In this document: positions 41,901-55,500 of the stretch, one piece after another | Layout of the letters: every line of letters begins with the position of its first letter | How positions within the stretch are numbered: position 1 is the stretch's first letter | Assembly: GCA_030141605.1 (NCBI GenBank) | Contig: JAQGDQ010000007.1 | Span: 979,173-1,043,172 of the forward strand | From: Tubiluchus corallicola | Lineage: Eukaryota; Animalia; Priapulida | Direction: 5' to 3' | Length of the DNA: 64,000 nucleotides | The notes under the pieces: model-generated | The model's input: only the letters and a program-made list of their open reading frames with translations | Told to the model about the DNA's origin: nothing | The model's database searches: none | Program-made: the position numbers and the translations under genes

Positions 41901-42834
41901 AACCATTTTCATGCTTCTAAACATCAAGAGATACAACAAATATACTTTTCGATACATGTCAAATAACTTTAAAAATATTTTTAAAAATGTATAAAACCAT
42001 GATCTGGTCCTACTTAACGTATGGCTGCCACCTACTCTCAAATATATCTAAAACTTCTTTAAAGAGGCTAGAAGTGGCCCAAAGTTACGCTTTAAAACAC
42101 CTCGTTGGTTTCACAACAAGAGCAAAATATTTAGCTACACTGAACAGGGAAAAACTAAAAATACCCACTGTAGAATCCAATTTCCAATTCCATTCACTTT
42201 ATAATTTTTCTTTAAACGATTTGGTGCCAGCTTTCAGTGCCAATTAGCTTCCATTTAATATCGAAAAAAATGCTAAACCAATGAACACACAGCACAAGAT
42301 AAATAAATTCAAATAATAAATATGTACAAAATTTAGTCTGTAAAACGACAATAAATACATGGAATGCTTGCCTACTTAATGTAAAAATGTGCAGTGACTC
42401 TAAAAAAAATCAAAAATTAACTGAAAAATACTATAGTAGCCTTCAAAACATGACTAATACAAAAACATCAGACAACACGTATTGTCAATTTTAACCCAAT
42501 AGTCTGTAGTAGTGGCATATCAAAACCTGTCATGCATTAGCATCAAGTCAACAAATTAAAACCCACCAACACTCAAGTCACTAACACAAAACATCTATAA
42601 AGCACCTAATTTGAATTTCAATTTGTAAATATTGTAAAGTTTTAAAGTCTTAAATGTATCTTAAGCTTTAGCGTAATTTATTATAATATCATTTGTGTTT
42701 TTAATTGTAAATTCATTTTTTAACACTATTGTTCACAGCAGTGGAAACACTGATTACACTTAATTTTTGGAATGTAGTTTACAGTTCATCGATGTGTAAT
42801 TTTAACAGCAATAAGGAATTTTATTATTATTATT
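38980..42834 (+). mobile_element. Decayed near-full-length LINE (L2/CR1 group): ORF1 remnant, APE C-terminus, RT and (TTA)n tail
   Basis: TSTLIDPIL..SDHNY; KSAGPCDIP; PENYRPI..VSKIFEKL; FLDLSKVSDSLSHTILLKKL; GVLQGTILGP; QYADD at 41761-41775. Many stops and frameshifts; tail aataaggaattttattattattatt. Confidence 0.92.
41017..41430 (+). mobile_element. Solo LTR (414 bp) inserted in the LINE RT region
   Basis: TGTGAAAGT...ACTTTCACA (TG..CA, 9-bp perfect IR), 5-bp TSD CGCAA on both sides, AATAAA at 41344. Removing it restores GYEKKYSTVDAKIYIT in frame. Confidence 0.92.
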
Positions 42835-43429
42835 CATTGTATAAGATCTTTAAGTTTTGCAGACATATTTGGTAGTTAGTTAGTTTTGTTAACTATTTTG
42901 TTAACCGTTACCATGTGACTGTTACATTTGCTTTAGTTTATTACTTTGACAAGATGTAAGGTACAGAAAATTAACGAGATAAATATATAGTGACTTTTCT
43001 GATTTTTTAGAAGTTAATTCATACGTTTTAAATATATCAAATTTTTTTGACTTTTATTACATTGTGCAGTGGTCGCTTCTGTTCTCTTATTAATACCTGT
43101 TTACATATATATACTGAGCACACTACAAGCCATTTTTCTCACGCAGCAAAAAATCTTTCAAATAAGAACAAGGATATCATACAAATCATAATTATTAATG
43201 TTTACAAGTTTCGACCGCATTCTAACACTACAGTGACAGCTACCAGCCTAAACATTTAAAAAATGTGCGCTTTTCGAAGAAGCTACCAAGTCAAAAAGTT
43301 TTTAAAATAATTTCTTTGTTTTCAAATTTTTTGTCCCACTGTTATGACCTATATCACATTTGATATACCAAAAACATCAGATTTAAATCTGTGACTAAGA
43401 CGAATTTGAAGTGACTAGTAGGAGGCTAT

Positions 43430-44196
43430 AATTTATAAAGATAGCTCCTAGCAAGGGAGTACCCAGAACAAATGGCAATAGAATTTTTCTCTTCAGATTC
43501 TGTTTGAATATTGTTTCAGGTACCCACAACAAAAAATCGGCAAAAATCGGCTTTGATACTCTTCAGATGCATGCGTAAATCCAAAATGGCGCCTGTTGAG
43601 GCCAAAAATCAAAGTATATCTCTCAAACCATTGCATCTAGATGAAAAATATGCTTTATCGACTGGTACGAAGGTGCACAGGTAGACTTTGCTCACAATTT
43701 TTAAAATATATGATCCTTATGAGTTGGCAACAACCATCTTGTCAGTCGTCAAGTATGCGGTGGCCATATTTGATAATTTTCGGTTGGCTCCACATCCAAT
43801 AATAATAAACCAGATGGATTTTAGCATTGTGCAAAGTTTTGTGTTTTTCAGGCAAAATGAGCAGTTCTGTCATTTGTGCAACATTTGTAGCCATCTTAAC
43901 AGTCATGTTGAAACGGGGTGTTATTACATGGGAAGATATGAATTCCTTGACCTTGAAAACCTATTATTTAGATGCCAAAGTCATTATCCTGTATTCTCTG
44001 ATAGTTATAACACATAGCCCTTATAAGTTAGTAACAAACATATTGCCAGCCATCTCGAAACTTGCGGCAATATTATATGAATTTCGATTAACCCCATGAT
44101 CAAAATTAATTTATCACCTTAATGAGCTCTAGCACTAGGCAAGGTTTTCGTGCTTTTGGATCAAAATGAGTATTGATTCCCCATCCGGGTAGACTA
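43430..44196 (+). mobile_element. Terminal fragment of an Academ-like non-autonomous element
   Basis: Repeated caaaatggcg / gccatatttg / gccatctcg motifs; ends GGGTAGACTA. The left boundary is approximate. Confidence 0.45.
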
Positions 44197-45039
44197 ACAT
44201 TAAATTAACTACCTTTTTTGACGTCATAATTAGGCGCTATGCCGTGTTTAAATTTCGGCCTAATTTGAACGTGTTATTCTCCGGACCAAATGCTAAAGAA
44301 ACACCAAAAATGTTTTCTTGCAATTTTTCATTATATTGATCCTACTATTATAGTCAGGGAGGCATATGAAGTGTTCTAGAGAAAATTAAACATGCATAAA
44401 AAGTTATAAAATTGTGCAATAAAACTGTTTGTTTGATATGGGTCTGATTACTGCAAAATGAAATGGACGGAACACGAGAAACTGCTAAATAAACAGCACG
44501 AATTTAATATTCGGGAGGCTGCGAGATTAGGATGTTCCTCAGTTATCAAAGAGGTCCCATACTGTCTATGTTGTGTGACTTTTCTAGCGTTTCTCCGGTT
44601 TAATTCTATTGTAATGTTGATTTTTTTAAATTTGAGACTCTGAGTCTGGGAGCAGCTAGGCAGAGTATTATAATTACCTGTGCGATAAGTAAACTGAACG
44701 TAAGAAGTGCATTATTTTTCGATTAGGATTTTTAACGCTACTCCGAGCCTCATGCTCAGTCATAGTCATACACGTCGCTAAAATTGTGGACAAGATTTAG
44801 AATTGCTGAATAAAACCAGTCAAAATGAGCAAAGTTTACGTTTTTAAGTTGTAGGTTTGTTGTTTATTCGAAAAGGGGCGACCAATTCGAAGGTATTTGG
44901 ACCTCGGAGGAAGTTTTGTTGCTTTTACTTGTTAAATTAGGGTCGTTTAACTATCTCGCTAAATTTTGCTAGTTACGTATCTTTATTCTATGTTGCTAAA
45001 CTGTATTTAATATAGATAAAAAATGTCTAATCTAACTTA

Positions 45040-45500
45040 GATTAGGCATGACAAACAGAACATTTATTAATAAAAGCGCAAGCATATTCATCACATTATA
45101 AAATCCAAGGTCCTTACAATTGTGGAATACTCTAGTCCTGTTAGGAATCCACACTTTATTAAAGACATATATTTGATCAAGGGTGTCCAAAGAAGGGCTA
45201 CAAAAGTGGTTGAAGGGTTAAAGAATGTTCCTTACTGTCAGCAACTTAAGCGTCTAGGCCTGCATACATTATTAATTAGAAGTTCATATGCTGATTTAAT
45301 ATAAGCTTTCAAAGTTATTAAAGGAATTGATGCTGTGCTTCACATTTAAGAGCCATGGGAGAATGACATGAGGACTCCAGTTACAATTGTACAAGAAAAG
45401 AGCAAAGCTGGATTTAAAAAACTGTTTTTTCAGCCATATGATAATTGATCTGTAAAATGGCTTACCTCAAAGGTCCATGGAATCTTTATAGTTAATGAGT
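45040..45500 (+). mobile_element. CR1-type LINE 3' fragment
   Basis: EYSSPVRNPHFIKDIYLIKGVQRRATKVVEGLKNVPY..LKRLGLHTL..R..ADLI..FKVIKG. Confidence 0.88.
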
Positions 45501-45542
45501 TTACAGGGACCATCCAAACGTATGCTAATTTTTATTGAACAA

Positions 45543-47434
45543 TAAGGTTGAGACAGTTAGGCTTTTTTAACTAACCGTCTAAACCAGTGGTTCTTAACCT
45601 TTTTCACTACTGGTACAGCCTGAAGGCGAACAAAGTCGTCTGGTGCCCTTTGTAGAAATTTACAAAAAGTATGTATATAGGAACAAAGTAGGTTTTTTAA
45701 ACTGCATGCCCAAACTATTTCTGCGGTATAAGTCCAGTATAACATCGTAAATTATTTAACACAATGTGCGCTACGATTTCTACGGAAATAGCAGTTCAGG
45801 TGGCTCACAGTGTCAAACCTATTTAGTAAAAGTATATTTTAACAACGTTTTAACGATTGTAATTAGGGTTCAACTACTTTATCCTCTTTGTTTAGCTTTG
45901 AGACTTATATCTTTTTTTGAGTCGCTCTCAGGGCAAAATTTTTGATAAAGCAGATCTGCATTTGGTATCCCCTGGGATGGCATTTGGTACCCCCAGGGGG
46001 TACCAGGACCCCAGGTTAAGAACCACTGGTTTAAATGTTATTAATTGCAGTTGGTTAACAATTCCTGACGACCTCATACATATGACAATATATCAAATAG
46101 ACATGATGAACTAATACGAAGAAATTGTCTAACTCTAACCCCATTTTATAATACTCAAATGAAATTCAACTCAAATTGAATGAATGGAAATTCACTCAAT
46201 TTAGTATTTCTTCATTACGTGAAGAAATTATGAACCCTTTTGAATGTTTGAAGAAGTTTTTGAACAACACAATTCAATTTATAAAGAAATATCTGTGAGC
46301 AGTTACCTGCTCCGAATCATGACACGTTTACTCACACATCGTTGGTTGTACATAAACTCCCATGCTTTTAGAGTCTGCCATGTTGGAATCACCATGTGAG
46401 CAAACTCTGAATATTAGGCCGGCCACAAAAAATGGCTTTTGTCTTACCTCATGAGCCCAGAAGAAGTCAGTAGGAAGAGAGGGGAAAATTTTTTTTAAAG
46501 CTTTGTGAATGTTTAAAGCTGAATTGTGGAATATTTAAAATCAGTTGAAATCAAAGTAGTTTATTTTCCACTTGTTAGCAGTAATGTTTTAAATTTTTTC
46601 GATACACATTTTTTACACGCTTTGTTTTTTAGTTTCGCATTACTAAATTATCGTATAATTATTAATTATTGCATAGTTTCTCTTTTGTATCATAAACGTG
46701 TATGTTCTGATAATTATGGTGCAAGTGGCAACACTGCTCGGCCGTTAATACACCAATTTGGCAGAAAATTCGATATTTTTAGACTCCAATACAATGCAAT
46801 CATACAAAATGACAGCCCTGGCCGAGAGTTAGCCGTGGAAAAACATGGCCGTGTCCTGCATTTTCCGAAAGAATGATGTTATAGTAATTAATGAGTTTTA
46901 CGTTTTGAATTAAAAATGCGCTTCTATATGACTGATTATGCGGAAACAGAAATACTTTTATTGTTGGCCTCAATGCACAACGAACAACAAACCACCTTTG
47001 GTTGGTGTTGTTACAGGTTCATGATTCCATGTGTTGTTTTCAGTACTGCAATGATTTTGCCAGGGCAGCACTATAATCATGCACAGTAAGAGAAAATACA
47101 GGCATTTCCCTTGTAAAAGGCTTTAAAAGCCACCTGGAAATCACATTTTAACATGCATGTTTGCAAGATAATTGTGGACAAAATCAGCAGCATGTTGTGG
47201 ATGAATATGAATGTGTGACACTCTGAACTAAGGCTGGTTATTTTAATCCTGTTTGCATCTGTCTTGTGATAGTTCATCGATGATTTTCTGTGTGTGTGAT
47301 TTGATTTGCTTGTGAAAAATTGTGTGATGTTAAAATGCAAAGGAAAGTAATGGTTAAACAGTTAGTGATTTTCTAAACAGTTACATCATTTAGTGGTCGG
47401 TTAAATGTTTAAACGATTAACCGTCTCAACCTCA
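45543..47434. mobile_element. Non-autonomous hAT element (~1.9 kb)
   Basis: TIRs taaggttgagacagtta / taaccgtctcaacctca; 8-bp TSD ttgaacaa / ttgaagaa (7/8 match). Confidence 0.8.
45585..46028. mobile_element. hAT-Charlie-type MITE nested in the larger hAT element
   Basis: Perfect 16-bp TIR cagtggttcttaacct / aggttaagaaccactg; TSD gtctaaac / gtttaaat; internal palindrome tggtacccccagggggtacca. Confidence 0.92.
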
Positions 47435-47841
47435 TTGAAGAATGAAATCTAGACTGGATTCATGAGAAAGAAGAAGCCTGCAAACACTGACTTTTCTGCA
47501 GAATGATACTAGTGCCTGTAGTTCTAAATGCCTATATGTTTTTGCTCTATAGATGAGTATGTGGTGTATATAGTGTGTCAAATTGTCATAATCATTGTAG
47601 GTAAAGTACATATGCCACAAAAAAGTAGTTTAGAGATTGAGTGTATGATGTTATAACCCTATTTTAGGTTCCTTACAGAACGGCTCCTAAAATTAAAGCC
47701 ATAATAAATATCAAAATGATGGGGCTAGCTGCAAAGATGAATTAAAGGTGAGTTGAATTAACAATCTCTGTAATCTGTATTTATAAGATTACGTAAGCTG
47801 TATAGCTTGTTTTTTACTATAAATTTTAGTTATCATTAATT

Positions 47842-48820
47842 GGAATGCAGGTAAAAATGGCACAAATAAAAGTGACGCGAGAAAATTGGCATGGTAAAAA
47901 CAGTGCAGGTAAAATAGTAAAGGTAAAATCGCACTTTAAAAACATGCCACAGGAAAAAATGGCATACTTGGTAAAATATGAATTTAGGGTTAGTGTTACT
48001 GCGGGAAGTCATCCTTCAATGCAGCTTGTTTGTTTCATGGTAAGAATGGCACAGGAAAAAATGGTACACTTAGTAAGTAAAATATGAGTTTAGGCTAGGG
48101 TTGCTGTGGAAAGTTATGCTTCAACACAGTTTCTTTGTTTGTTTGCTGTTTTTTGTCTGTTATAGCAGTAAGCCTGTTATGCAATAACCACCTAATGGAT
48201 TTCCATGAAACTTTGTAGAGAGGGTGGCTATAGGGTGCGAAAATCTGCATTTCATTGTCCGTTTTTTTGCTAAACTTGACCGAACACCAGATACAAAAAG
48301 CATTTTGTGAAGCACTTTGCAGAGGTCCCAGAGATAGTGTTTAATACTTTTTATTATCTCCACCAAAACAATAAACTACGAGTTAGTTCTAAGTTCCATT
48401 TTGAGAAATTCTCGCTTGGAAAACTGTGTAATCCTGTTCTATAACCTTTGCTTATTACACTGCTATCTAATTGCTTATTAAACTGTTTGCTTATCTAAAC
48501 GTTATGAGCTGACTTGGTATCTAAATACGTATATATGTCAGTCTATTAGGAAAGCAAAATTAATGGTTAAAGAAAAGTAGATAAACACTAGGTGGAATAT
48601 ATAATACTGATACAGGTACATTTTTGCATGTTTGCTTTTTATTTTTGTTTTATGTTTTTTTAATCTAAAGAATCAAATGAATGAGTTTAAGATTAGTCGA
48701 CTTTGACAGAGGTCTGCTTCCTATTGAGTGCATTCTAGCTTTATTGTAGAAATCAGTTGCGTCAAAATAACATGTGCCATTTTAACATGCAATTTTTTCT
48801 TGTGCCATTTTTACTGCACA
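47842..48820 (+). mobile_element. Foldback-type MITE with AAAATGGCACAGG termini, copy 2
   Basis: Shares termini and interior blocks (gcagtaagcctgtta, aaaattaatggttaa, tcaaaataacatgtgccatttt) with 17281-18143. Confidence 0.8.
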
Positions 48821-49127
48821 ATCATTTGTTGTACTGTGGCTGTACACACTGTTTTACTCTGCAGTTTTTTTCTGGTGCATGTGTGCACTTGCTAGTTTTC
48901 AATCTGAAATGTAATTAAAGGTTAAAATTTTGTGCATTTTTTAGTCGTCGCACTGGTAAAATTTTAGGTTGTAGCAATATGCAATTAGCAAGTTGCTGGA
49001 ATAACCTGACTTTAGGTGATGTGATCTTGACTCATTTAAATGAATGTTAGATCGTGACACTTGCTGGTTGTGTTTTTTTCTAATTAATTTTTAGTAAAAT
49101 GTTGTAATATTCCAAAATATATTTTAT

Positions 49128-49385
49128 TGAGTTTAGTTTGTTTAACATTAGGCCCTGTTGAAGTTGCAAATTGAAGTAAACTATCATTCTTACAGAGTAT
49201 TAAACTACAAGTCTGGTGAGTTTAGTGTGTTAAGATTAGGTCCAGTTGAAGTTACAAATTGAAGTTAACTATTTTTCTTACAGAGTAGTAAACTACATGA
49301 GTTTAGTTTGTTTAATGTTATGCCCTGTTGAAGTTGCAAATTAAAATTAATTATCTTTCTTACAGAGTATTAAGCTACAAGTCTG
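49128..49385 (+). repeat. Three tandem ~81-89-bp units, each containing a splice acceptor, just upstream of the ABCB6 ATG
   Basis: Units start at 49128, 49217 and 49298; each has ttcttacag|agta. Confidence 0.92.
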
Positions 49386-49459
49386 CCATGCTCTAATAGC
49401 CAATTAAAAGATGCTGAGTTTAACATTTTATTGATTGGAATTGCAACTGGTGAATAAGA

Positions 49460-49589
49460 ATGGAAGACCCTACTAGCTATTGTCCACCTAACATTACTTT
49501 GAGAGTTGTATGGGATCATGGACTCAATCAGTGCTTTTTAGAGACTGTTGAATCAGCCATCCTTTTTGGCATTATTTTCATTTTTGGAG
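49460..49589 (+). CDS. ABCB6: ABCB6 coding exon 1
   Basis: [43 protein letters not shown]; donor gtatta. Confidence 0.88.
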
Positions 49590-52500
49590 GTATTACCTTT
49601 TTGAGTTTGTTTTCTCTTTTATAGAATTATTTTTCTTGTTGTTATTGTTGTTGTATTTCTCATGATCAACCTAACTGATTGCATTATTATTTTAAAGTTT
49701 TGCCATGCAATATTATCAGCCTAACGTGTTTCTTAAAAAAAATGACTTTTGGGCTGAAGTCATTCTTTTTTCTTTGTTGTAAGTAGACAGAATAACATAA
49801 TTGATGCTTAAGCTTTTTGTAAAATGCAAACAAATGAAGCAGTTAATTCAAACGTGTGTTTCTTAAATGGAATGTAAATTTTGACCATTTTTTGTAATTC
49901 TGTACGATACATAAGTGTACATTATATTTTAGGAGCACAATTGTACTTTTATCACAAATATTCTAATCTCATTGATCCCAGAATACGACCAAAAAGCTTT
50001 TTCTTCAGTCTACAGGTAACTTGAAGCTTTTTTTTCAGTAGTTTGTGTCTTAACACATTTTGCAACTGGTGAAATTCTAAGTATAGTGTGCAAATTTCAG
50101 AAAACCCTTGCTTTTTGATCAGTTCAGTGTAAATTAATATTATATAGCTTACTATAAGATCCTGTGTAAGTAAATCACTAATATGTTGTTAAGAAGTCAA
50201 ATTCAGGATACTAAATTTTCAGCACTCTAGAAAATGCCAACAGTAAGATAAGTTCTGCAACTTCTATTGGTAAAATAGCAGTGTATTCTAACCTGATATT
50301 ATGTTAAGTTGCTTAGCTTTTTTTCAAATTTAAAACCCTGCTAATGTCACATATTGTACATAAACTTTTTTGAAATTTTTATTTTTGAAATGTGATACTT
50401 GAGTTTTTATTGTATTTTTTTGTTTAGTTATTTCTGACAGTTCTTCTTGCTCTAGAAGCAGTGGTGCATTTGATTTTGTATGGAACAGTATTAGGTAAGG
50501 TATATTTGTGTTAATTAATTAAGCATAACTAAGAAACGATGACTAATAATATCTTCATCATTTCTAAGAAATCAATCAAAAATCAATTTGAACTTGTAAA
50601 GTAGCCAAAGAGGTGTTGGCTAAGCTGATTTTAATTATACCTGATTTGATACCTGTCCAGTCTGGTAGTTTGCTTTTTACTTTGCTGTGTTAAAACTATT
50701 TTCGTTGAAGTGGTGAGCAACTTGAAAATTTAAAGAATTATTGCACAGTGGTAGATTGCAACAATGCATTCTGAAAGAGAGCTATAGAGTCGATCTCATA
50801 GTCCTGTTGCTTATATATTTCTTTGTGTTTTCTGAAGGTGATAAGCATATTTATGGATTTATGATTTTGAGTTCCATATTCTACCTGGCTGCATATTCCA
50901 TTTCTCTTGCACTGATAATCGTAGAACGACGGCGCATGCTGCCAACCGTTCCCACCAGAGGACATGGCATGATCTTGCTGATATTCTGGATGCTTGCTTT
51001 GATCAAATCAAATTTAAGCTTTCTTAATTGGTTTAGCGAAGAATGGTGGTTCAAGCAACGCACGTAAGTAAGCCGACAGCTACAGCAAATTTTTTGTTCA
51101 GAATCCTGTGGTTTATAAGTTTTAATTGGTAAACTGATTAACAAGAAAGTAAATATTTAGTGCATTTTGAAAAGATGAAGAGAAATTCTATGTCATTGCA
51201 GAAGCATTGATTCTTTTCTCTGAAATTAATTGCTTTCTCTGCTTTTAATTGAAAGTAATAGTAATTAACTAATATAGTACAATGGAGTTGGAAAAAACAG
51301 TATAATACTCCAAGGTGTACTACGTTGTCGTATACAGTGCTGTAGTATCACTGTATTTCTTAACAAAGATGCGTCGTGAAATTAATACTTTAACAAATGA
51401 TAAATCATGTTTTCTATTATTAGGTACATTTGTAACATGGAGCATTTGTTTAATTTTGATTAGTCACTTTCATTAAAGTTTATATAGTTTAATTTTTGCT
51501 GACAAAAGGTAACATATTGTCCTTTTTTTATAGAAAGTCAGATAATATAGAGACTGCTTTATTCGTCATAAGGTATATCTCTACTGCACTTTTGTTTATC
51601 ATTGGCCTTGCAGCCCCAGGCTTACCAAGTAAGCGAACTTGGTATGCAATGCTAAGCAGAGATGTTTCAAATATAGAGGAGAACAAGGTATTTTGTTTTT
51701 TGTATATTGCTGTAAGTATAATTTGAATCGGAGTAACTTCAAATAGAATTTGCTAAAAGGTTTGCTGTTGGTGATTTGATATGTATTTCAAAGCATTAAA
51801 TGAGAATTTTAAAACTTTTTTCCATCATTTAATTGTGTTGTAATTGAAGGATTGTGATCGGGTGCTGACATAATTTAATTTTTTTTGTTAAATGAGGAAC
51901 ATAAAAGTCATAACCTCATACTTGTTGATTCACAGTTTTTGAGAAGCTAGAATCTGAAAACATATTTGTATTTGTTCTAATCATTTGTTTTTTAATGCTA
52001 AGGTTATTCTCTTCGTTTGGGACAAAAACACGAAAAATAATGCTATCATTATGTATTGAAATAATAAGGAAATGTTTTCCTTGGCACATTTATAGTTTTT
52101 GTTGTTTATTTAGCCATTAACAGAAGAAACGCCACTTAGAGGAGCACATACTAATACTAGTCAGTCTACATGGACAAATGTCTGGGAAAAGACGAAGCTG
52201 ATATGGCCTTTTGTATTTCCAAAGAAGAGTCTTATGCTACAACTGCGAGTTGTATTTTGTTTTTTCATCATTGCAGCTGTGCGGGGCCTGAATGTACTTG
52301 TACCTGTGTATAATAAACTAATAGGTTTGTTATTCAATTTTTTTGTTAAAATAACGAAAATAATTGGAATTATGATAGATAAATGTGACAGTAAGTATTG
52401 AAGCACAAGTACTTTTTGCTACAGTAGGCTATGTACAAGTACCAGGCCATTCGAAAACTGTTTGTGTACAAGTACTTGAGTATAGGAAAGTACCAAGTAT

Positions 52501-55500
52501 ATAAATAAACAATACTAATATTGATTTACCAATTAAAGTTATTTCTAACATTAATGGTTTTAAACCTTCACTAAAAGCTTGATAATGTTTATAACTGTGT
52601 TGATTTATGTAGATTATTATAGTTTTTGTAAAGTACACTGGAAGATGATTATAGTTAGAGTGCTTTACTGTATGTTTTATTTTTTGTGTTGTACAAAATA
52701 TGTATTTTATCATTTTAATGGATGACTGATGTAATACAGAGTTTGATTTAGTTAATTTGCTCGCCTTTTTAAGTTCCTCAGTGTTTTAAAATTTTCTTGT
52801 TTTTTGTTGTTAGTTTTCTTAAAGCATGTTGCTGAAGACCACATGTTAATTATTTAAATTATTAAGTTTTTTATTACATTATAGTTGATAGTTTAACCGG
52901 AGTTGATTTGGAGTTTAAATGGGACTACATTTTGATTTATGTTGTACTTCGACTGCTTCAGGGAGGAGGAACAGGTAAAAATATTGTTAATACTTTAATG
53001 TTATATTATGTAGTTGTTCGAACGCAAGTTTTGAATATGAGTTAAAGTGTACATGCCATACACTATGGTGTATGTTTGCTAGGTGATTATTAACAGATAA
53101 GTGCTTAAAAATTGTAAGGCTAATGTGTGAATGTTCAAAATTTTGGCAATATGGCGTGAAGTGCCAGCACCCACAGATGCGTGATTGTTTTTGAAACTTT
53201 TACTTCAGTAAACCATTAATTTTGGTATAAACAGTTTTTACCTTTATTGCTAAACAAAGAGTAACAATTTTGCTGCTGCATTAGTCACTTTAAAAAGCCC
53301 ACATGCTTACCAGAATTCAATTACCACACTTTTTGCCCAAATTGGGTATCGTGTCCCACCTCATTTGACTGTGTAAGACTGACTTTTTTTATCATTCATG
53401 ATTACAGGTTCTATGGGGTTGTTGAACAACTTGAATACGTATTTGTGGATTCGTGTTCAACAGTATACAGCTAGGGAAATACAAGTAGATCTCTATAAAC
53501 ATTTACACGGGTTTGTATTCTCAACAGTTTTTTCATAGTGCTTTCTTGCACACAAAAGCATGTGAAGATGTGCCTGCTATAAGTGAATTTAGGGCAGCTG
53601 AAAATGAAAAAAGATTTAGTGCTGTTAAGCTAATAAATGTAATGTAGAAAGTGTGCAGGGTTGCTTGAAAATTTGTGGTGTGCATTGACATACTGATACC
53701 GACGACTAGATAGCCAGACGTGTTTCATCGGCAGTCTGTTTTCTAATTAAACAACATAAGAGATACAAAACCCAGAGAAATTATTACAATAGTGCTTTAT
53801 GATTAATGGTGATTGATTTTTGCAGTAGTTTTTATGTAATTTTTCCAAAGCTATATTTTTTTGATAGGTTATCACTAAGATGGCATTTAGGAAGAAAGAC
53901 TGGAGAGGTACTCAGAGTGATGGATAGAGGCACAACAAGCATAAACACTTTGCTCAAGTATCATATTTATTACTGTCTGTTACTAACTATCATTATTAAA
54001 TGTTTGCAAAACATGGAGTTGCCACAATTAACAAATAATAACCTTTTCAATTATAGTGAGTAATACTTTGAAATTTAAAGTGCAAATGCCTGAACATTCT
54101 ACCTTCTCTGGGTTGCTATGATGATTATTTTGATTTAGTCCTTATACTGCTTAAAGTGTTTTTGATGAGACTTTTGCAAGTCTACGTTATTTTAGGTAGT
54201 AATTTATTATATAGGTTATGTGGACATATTGTTTCCGCAGCTAGTGCTTTAACTTTATTATCTTTTGTCAATTTATACATCAGTTGAAAGACTTTAATAT
54301 ATTTATTATTAATGATTTAAAGAATTATTTTTAACAAATGCTTGCTAGAAGGGCAAGAAGTAAAAAACTCTTAATCTTGAAGTAATGAGAATGCATATGG
54401 GTCTGGGTCCAATAACAGTTGGATTGTTCGTTTATTAGTGAGCATTACAGGCCTATTGACGTTTTATAGACTGACACCAGCCAGTTAATTTTTTTGCACA
54501 ATTTTGTTTGTTTGAATAAGTACACAAATTTATTTTTATTTACATGTTTTCAATATTGTGTTTTTCAATTATGCACTATTCAACATAATAGCTAAAGCAT
54601 TTAGTGGATTTTTTTAAGTAGGTATAGTGATTCGAAACAAATTTTGTTGTTTCCGATATTGTTTTGCAATCATGATTATTGTGATTAATTCCTACAAATG
54701 TCATATTTTTTTGTTTTCAGCTATATTATATTTAACATCATACCAACAATAGTAGATATTATAGTTGCAATTGTTTACTTCGCAACTACTTTCAACTTGT
54801 GGTTTGGCCTCATTGTTTTCCTGACAATGATGCTCTATTTAGGTATGTATTATGTACCTGATATGTATGTATTATGTATTAAATAATACATACCTTACTT
54901 TAACTTTTGTTAGTTCAGTGGAAGGAAAGTATAGGTCGAATTTTTCAGGCTTTTCGGTTTGTTGCACTGACATTTGCTTGTCACTGAACAAGAACATTTG
55001 ATGATGCTGACATCAGTAACGGAACTTTCCTATGGTATATTATCTCACGGACATTATGTCTTCTAATGACAAGGAAGATCTTTTTTCACACGGCTAAGTG
55101 GTTTGAAAATGTTTTGCGTATCCGCACGGTCACTGGCTATTTGTTAGACGACATGTTGTGTGCATTGCTAACATCATGCCATTCAAATGATTTTAGTCTG
55201 AAACAGTTTGAAAATGGTTCCAAATTACCTCCCAAAATGGTTCCAAACCAGTTTTGTGCCCCAACACTGTCGTGTGAACACTCAAACCAACTTTTTTAAA
55301 ATGGTCTACATTTGCTGTTTTGAAAGGTATGCATATTATGAAGCTGCTTTGTTAAATACTATAGGATACAAATCTTTTTGTTTATCCTCATGTATGATAG
55401 ATGTCAAGAGAGTATTGTTTTGTGTATGAGACTGAAATTACACTCTACATTTTTATCTGTTAATTTCAAAATTGCATATTGCATTCAGATTTTTTATGAT

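Noticed and set aside
44850-44893. Possible non-coding first exon of ABCB6 ending at aag|gtattt
   Set aside because: Only a donor-like site in a slightly CpG-richer patch; it cannot be supported without transcript data.
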